A DNA stretch of 56,227 nt, filler included, from Platydemus manokwari (Eukaryota): NCBI GenBank assembly GCA_037951405.1. It is 5 parts of 5 records of this genome, joined end to end, with 100 filler letters (N's around TTAATTAATTAA, not from the genome) between each part and the next. Parts side by side here need not be neighbours in the genome. Positions count along the whole stretch, not along the records: positions 43,510 to 56,227 come from JBBMOY010002238.1; 4 more parts are not named here. The stretch is one strand, 5' to 3'. The position numbers and the translations under genes were made by a program. Every line of letters begins with the position of its first letter. Position 1 is the first letter of the stretch. Positions 53,377 to 56,227 of this stretch are shown in pieces. Under the pieces are notes generated by a model. The model was not told the DNA's origin and ran no database searches. It saw only the letters and a program-made list of their open reading frames with translations.

Positions 53377-53499
53377 ATAAATCTTGTTTAAATATTCTAA
53401 ATAACGTGGTTTTTCTAATTTAATTTAATAAATTGTTATGGAATTGAAAAGAAAATTGATAAGATATTAAAATCAATAAATAATAAAAAATTGTATTAG

Positions 53500-53531
<32 letters not shown>

Positions 53532-53599
53532 AATAAAAATAATAAATAAATGGACCAAAAAATGCTAAAATATTGATAATTAGGACCAAATATTTCCAT

Positions 53600-55640
53600 A
53601 ATTAATTCTTAAGAAACGTCGATAAAATAAAGCAACAGTAGCTTCTCACGCATCAGCATTTTCATGAATACCGGAACCACATATCGTTTAAAGACACATC
53701 CTAATATACTTCACACAGCTTGTAATTCAAAATTTTTTTACAAATTCGAGAATCTTAGCTAAAGATTATTTACATTCGACATAATTATTGATTGTTAGTC
53801 GAACTGGAGAAGCATATTCTATCCATGGGAATTCATTATTGATAGATATTTCTAAAATTTGAGGATAATTAAACACTGACGTGAGCAGAGAAAAACAGTC
53901 TAATTAATTGGTGATAATTATTTTATTCGTCGGTAACTCACAATGATTTGTATCAATTTTAAAGGTTCCCATCGTATTTAAAATGACAAATCTTCCTATC
54001 TTTTCAGTCTGCCTGAACTGCCGATAGATCTCTTTTGTGACGCATCGGATATTGAATTAATTGTTTCATTCAGTTTTGCTTTTCATATTTTTGGTCTTCA
54101 AAAATAAAAATTTGTTGAATAATAGTTATCTACTGTGATATTTCATTTGAGCATAGCAAATTACAGTTACAGCATCATTATATATAGAGAATATAATAAC
54201 GTCATTATATTCAGATTAATAAAACCGAGCTGTATTCAATATTAGTTGCACTCAGTGCTAATCTGTCCATCTTAAAATTCTTTAGTTAATATTTTCCAGT
54301 AGCAGAGTCTTCAATATTCACTGCTGAAGCCCTTCTAGAGCCAGTAAAAAATAACAACGCGATACATTTTAAGAGACAATTACTAAATCAGGGGTTATAC
54401 ACTGCCCGATAAATTCTTTGTAAAAGTGTCACACGAGTTAAGTACTAATCAACGTATCTTATTTAGTCTTCTGTGCAATATTAAACGTTTGAAAAATCAA
54501 TTGGCTCTCCTCCTATCATCTTCTCTCCCGAAAGACAGAAAGCAATCTTTACTTCCGATGATTGTGTTAAGTACAATGCATATATACTCTTTATTCATGC
54601 TCTCCATTTTTGCTGGATTGAGCCAAAAGAAGATTTTCCTGGCTTGTCCCACGACATCGTATGATTTACAATCGACAGAAATAAGTTATAATACCCCAAT
54701 TATACAGTTGTTCAACGCCTAATATCAATTTCAGTATACCTTGAAGCCAAACCGGCCTGCCTCTTGTCTATGACATACTTCTATGTATCCAGCGACTTCT
54801 TATTCGTCTTAATCACCTTGCAAATGACATCTATCTCCAATTCAGAGTATAAAATGTGAACACTATATCAACTGACCTTTCCATCTGTGATGAACAACCT
54901 TCAATAGCATATGCCACCAATCTTTATAAATATTTTCTAGTCCCCTGTGGCCAACCTAAGCGTATCTTAACCATTTAAATTCTCTTAATCAATTTACACC
55001 AGTTTTAAAACTATATCCAAATCAATATCCTTTACATAAATATCAGGGTATCAATTACTCCCTCAAATAAGTCCTTGTAACCACTATTTTCTCACACACT
55101 CTGAATACAATAGGAATAATGAAAATTCATCGGTCTTTGATCAAAACATCATATCAATATCCAAGGGAATTCTTAGAATTATGGGCTTCTATACAACCTA
55201 TGTATGCATCTTGTACTCCATTCATACCCTTTCCTACTTGAATATTATATCAATAGCATTGTCTCTGGTTATTAGTGTATGCCTTCAAATTAGCTCATTA
55301 ATCACTTCACATCTTGCTCGTATTGCTGAACACCGAATATTCCCACCATTTTTCCAACTCACCTCTGTGGTTTAGTAAATATCTTTCATCGAGTCGGTGA
55401 ACAAAAATCAAGCTTACATCCAGAGAACTCCGCAGACATAGCATTGACATCGAATTTTTGCATCGTGATTCCCAAATTCAACTAAAAATCACAGTCAACT
55501 CCGACGGCATTTTAAAACACTGATAGGCAATAAATTTTGACTCATTAATGTGGTCAGGAAAAATCCGGCCAGAGTCCGAAAATTGAAGGAAATTTAATTC
55601 ATGAATGCAATTCATATTAAATTAAGCTGCGACTATGATG
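53600..55640 (-). pseudogene. Class III viral fusion glycoprotein pseudogene (chuvirus G / herpesvirus gB-like), antisense to the integrase
   Basis: Ordered landmarks over ~670 codons: KFIAYQC (55534; cf. chuvirus-G-like LIAYDC), VCEKIVVTRTY (~55100), GGICY..FITDG, DRLALSATNIEYSSVLL (54270), YNDAVTVIC (~54180), NFYF*RPKI (~54100; cf. gB CYSRP), DTNHC, then a hydrophobic C-terminus. Confidence 0.55.
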
Positions 55641-56150
55641 GACGATTGTGTCTCAATCAGATAATTAATCGAAAGCAATAATTAAATTATAATTGATTAT
55701 ATTGATTATATGGATTACATATTATCAACTAATATAAACTAGATAAATATTTCTTAAAACCTTGCAAAAATTGTTTGAATTCATTCGATATCAAGTATAT
55801 TGAAATTATTTTATTTTACGTGATATTTTCATGTTTTAATGTGCCGAAGTGCGTACACACTAGGTCACTCTTTTTAAATAGATTTCGTGCTTTAAATTTA
55901 TTGCTTTATTGAAATAAACATTATAATTTCGTTTTGTTTTAATTCAAGACCCATTTAGTTATGACCAGCATGTATAACAATATTTTTAAATATGGAAAAT
56001 AATCTATTCATATTAAAAAATAAGAATTTTCTGAAAAAATAAATCAATATTGTGAAAAATTGTTAAAATTAGAATTTCGAATATTACATGTTATCTTTAA
56101 AATAATAATAATATTATTATATTTATTGCAATAATATAATTAAATTTACG

Positions 56151-56227
56151 TATTGGGTGTATAACCTTAAAATTTCGATTTGATAAAAGATGTCGCTGGG
56201 AGTATTGCTTGCATATAATGTCGTATG
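56151..56227 (+). mobile_element. Left end of a related mariner-like element, cut by the window end
   Basis: TA-TTGGGTGTATAACCTTAAAATTTCGATTTGATAAAAGATGTCGCT; TIR similar to the 21579/31617 ends. Confidence 0.55.

Noticed and set aside
22975-55640. Alternative genetic code explaining the many in-frame stops
   Set aside because: Host exons (CUL5, BLTP2, GLUT) are stop-free under the standard code, and the mobile ORFs also carry frameshifts and deletions, so this is decay.

Overview
Very AT-rich, intron-containing animal (invertebrate-like) genomic DNA. It is not one contiguous locus: four artificial 100-nt spacers (44N-TTAATTAATTAA-44N) join five ~10-13 kb pieces. Host genes, all missing their 5' parts, are cullin-5 (1498-9573, 8 exons), BLTP2/KIAA0100/hobbit (11525-19120, many ~45-55 nt mini-introns) and the last two exons of a GLUT/SLC2A sugar transporter (31893-32665). 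The rest is mostly decayed mobile DNA. (i) A Ty3/Gypsy pol on the minus strand (26910-23816) has, in the env position, a signal peptide + FN3-like + stalk + TM ORF. (ii) A compact co-directional array of orphan pseudogenes (43134-36790, minus) includes an RT-less CCHC + restriction-like endonuclease gene and a second FN3-like membrane protein. (iii) A ~6.8 kb segment (48850-55650) carries a Gypsy integrase remnant between a possible negative-strand-RNA-virus nucleoprotein-like ORF and an antisense chuvirus-G/herpes-gB-like fusogen. Segment (iii) is the best candidate for an undescribed retroelement-virus chimera. Also present are mariner-like ends at contig edges, a pogo/Tigger-like deleted element and microsatellites. 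All homology calls come from hand translation and remembered family motifs; no searches were run.
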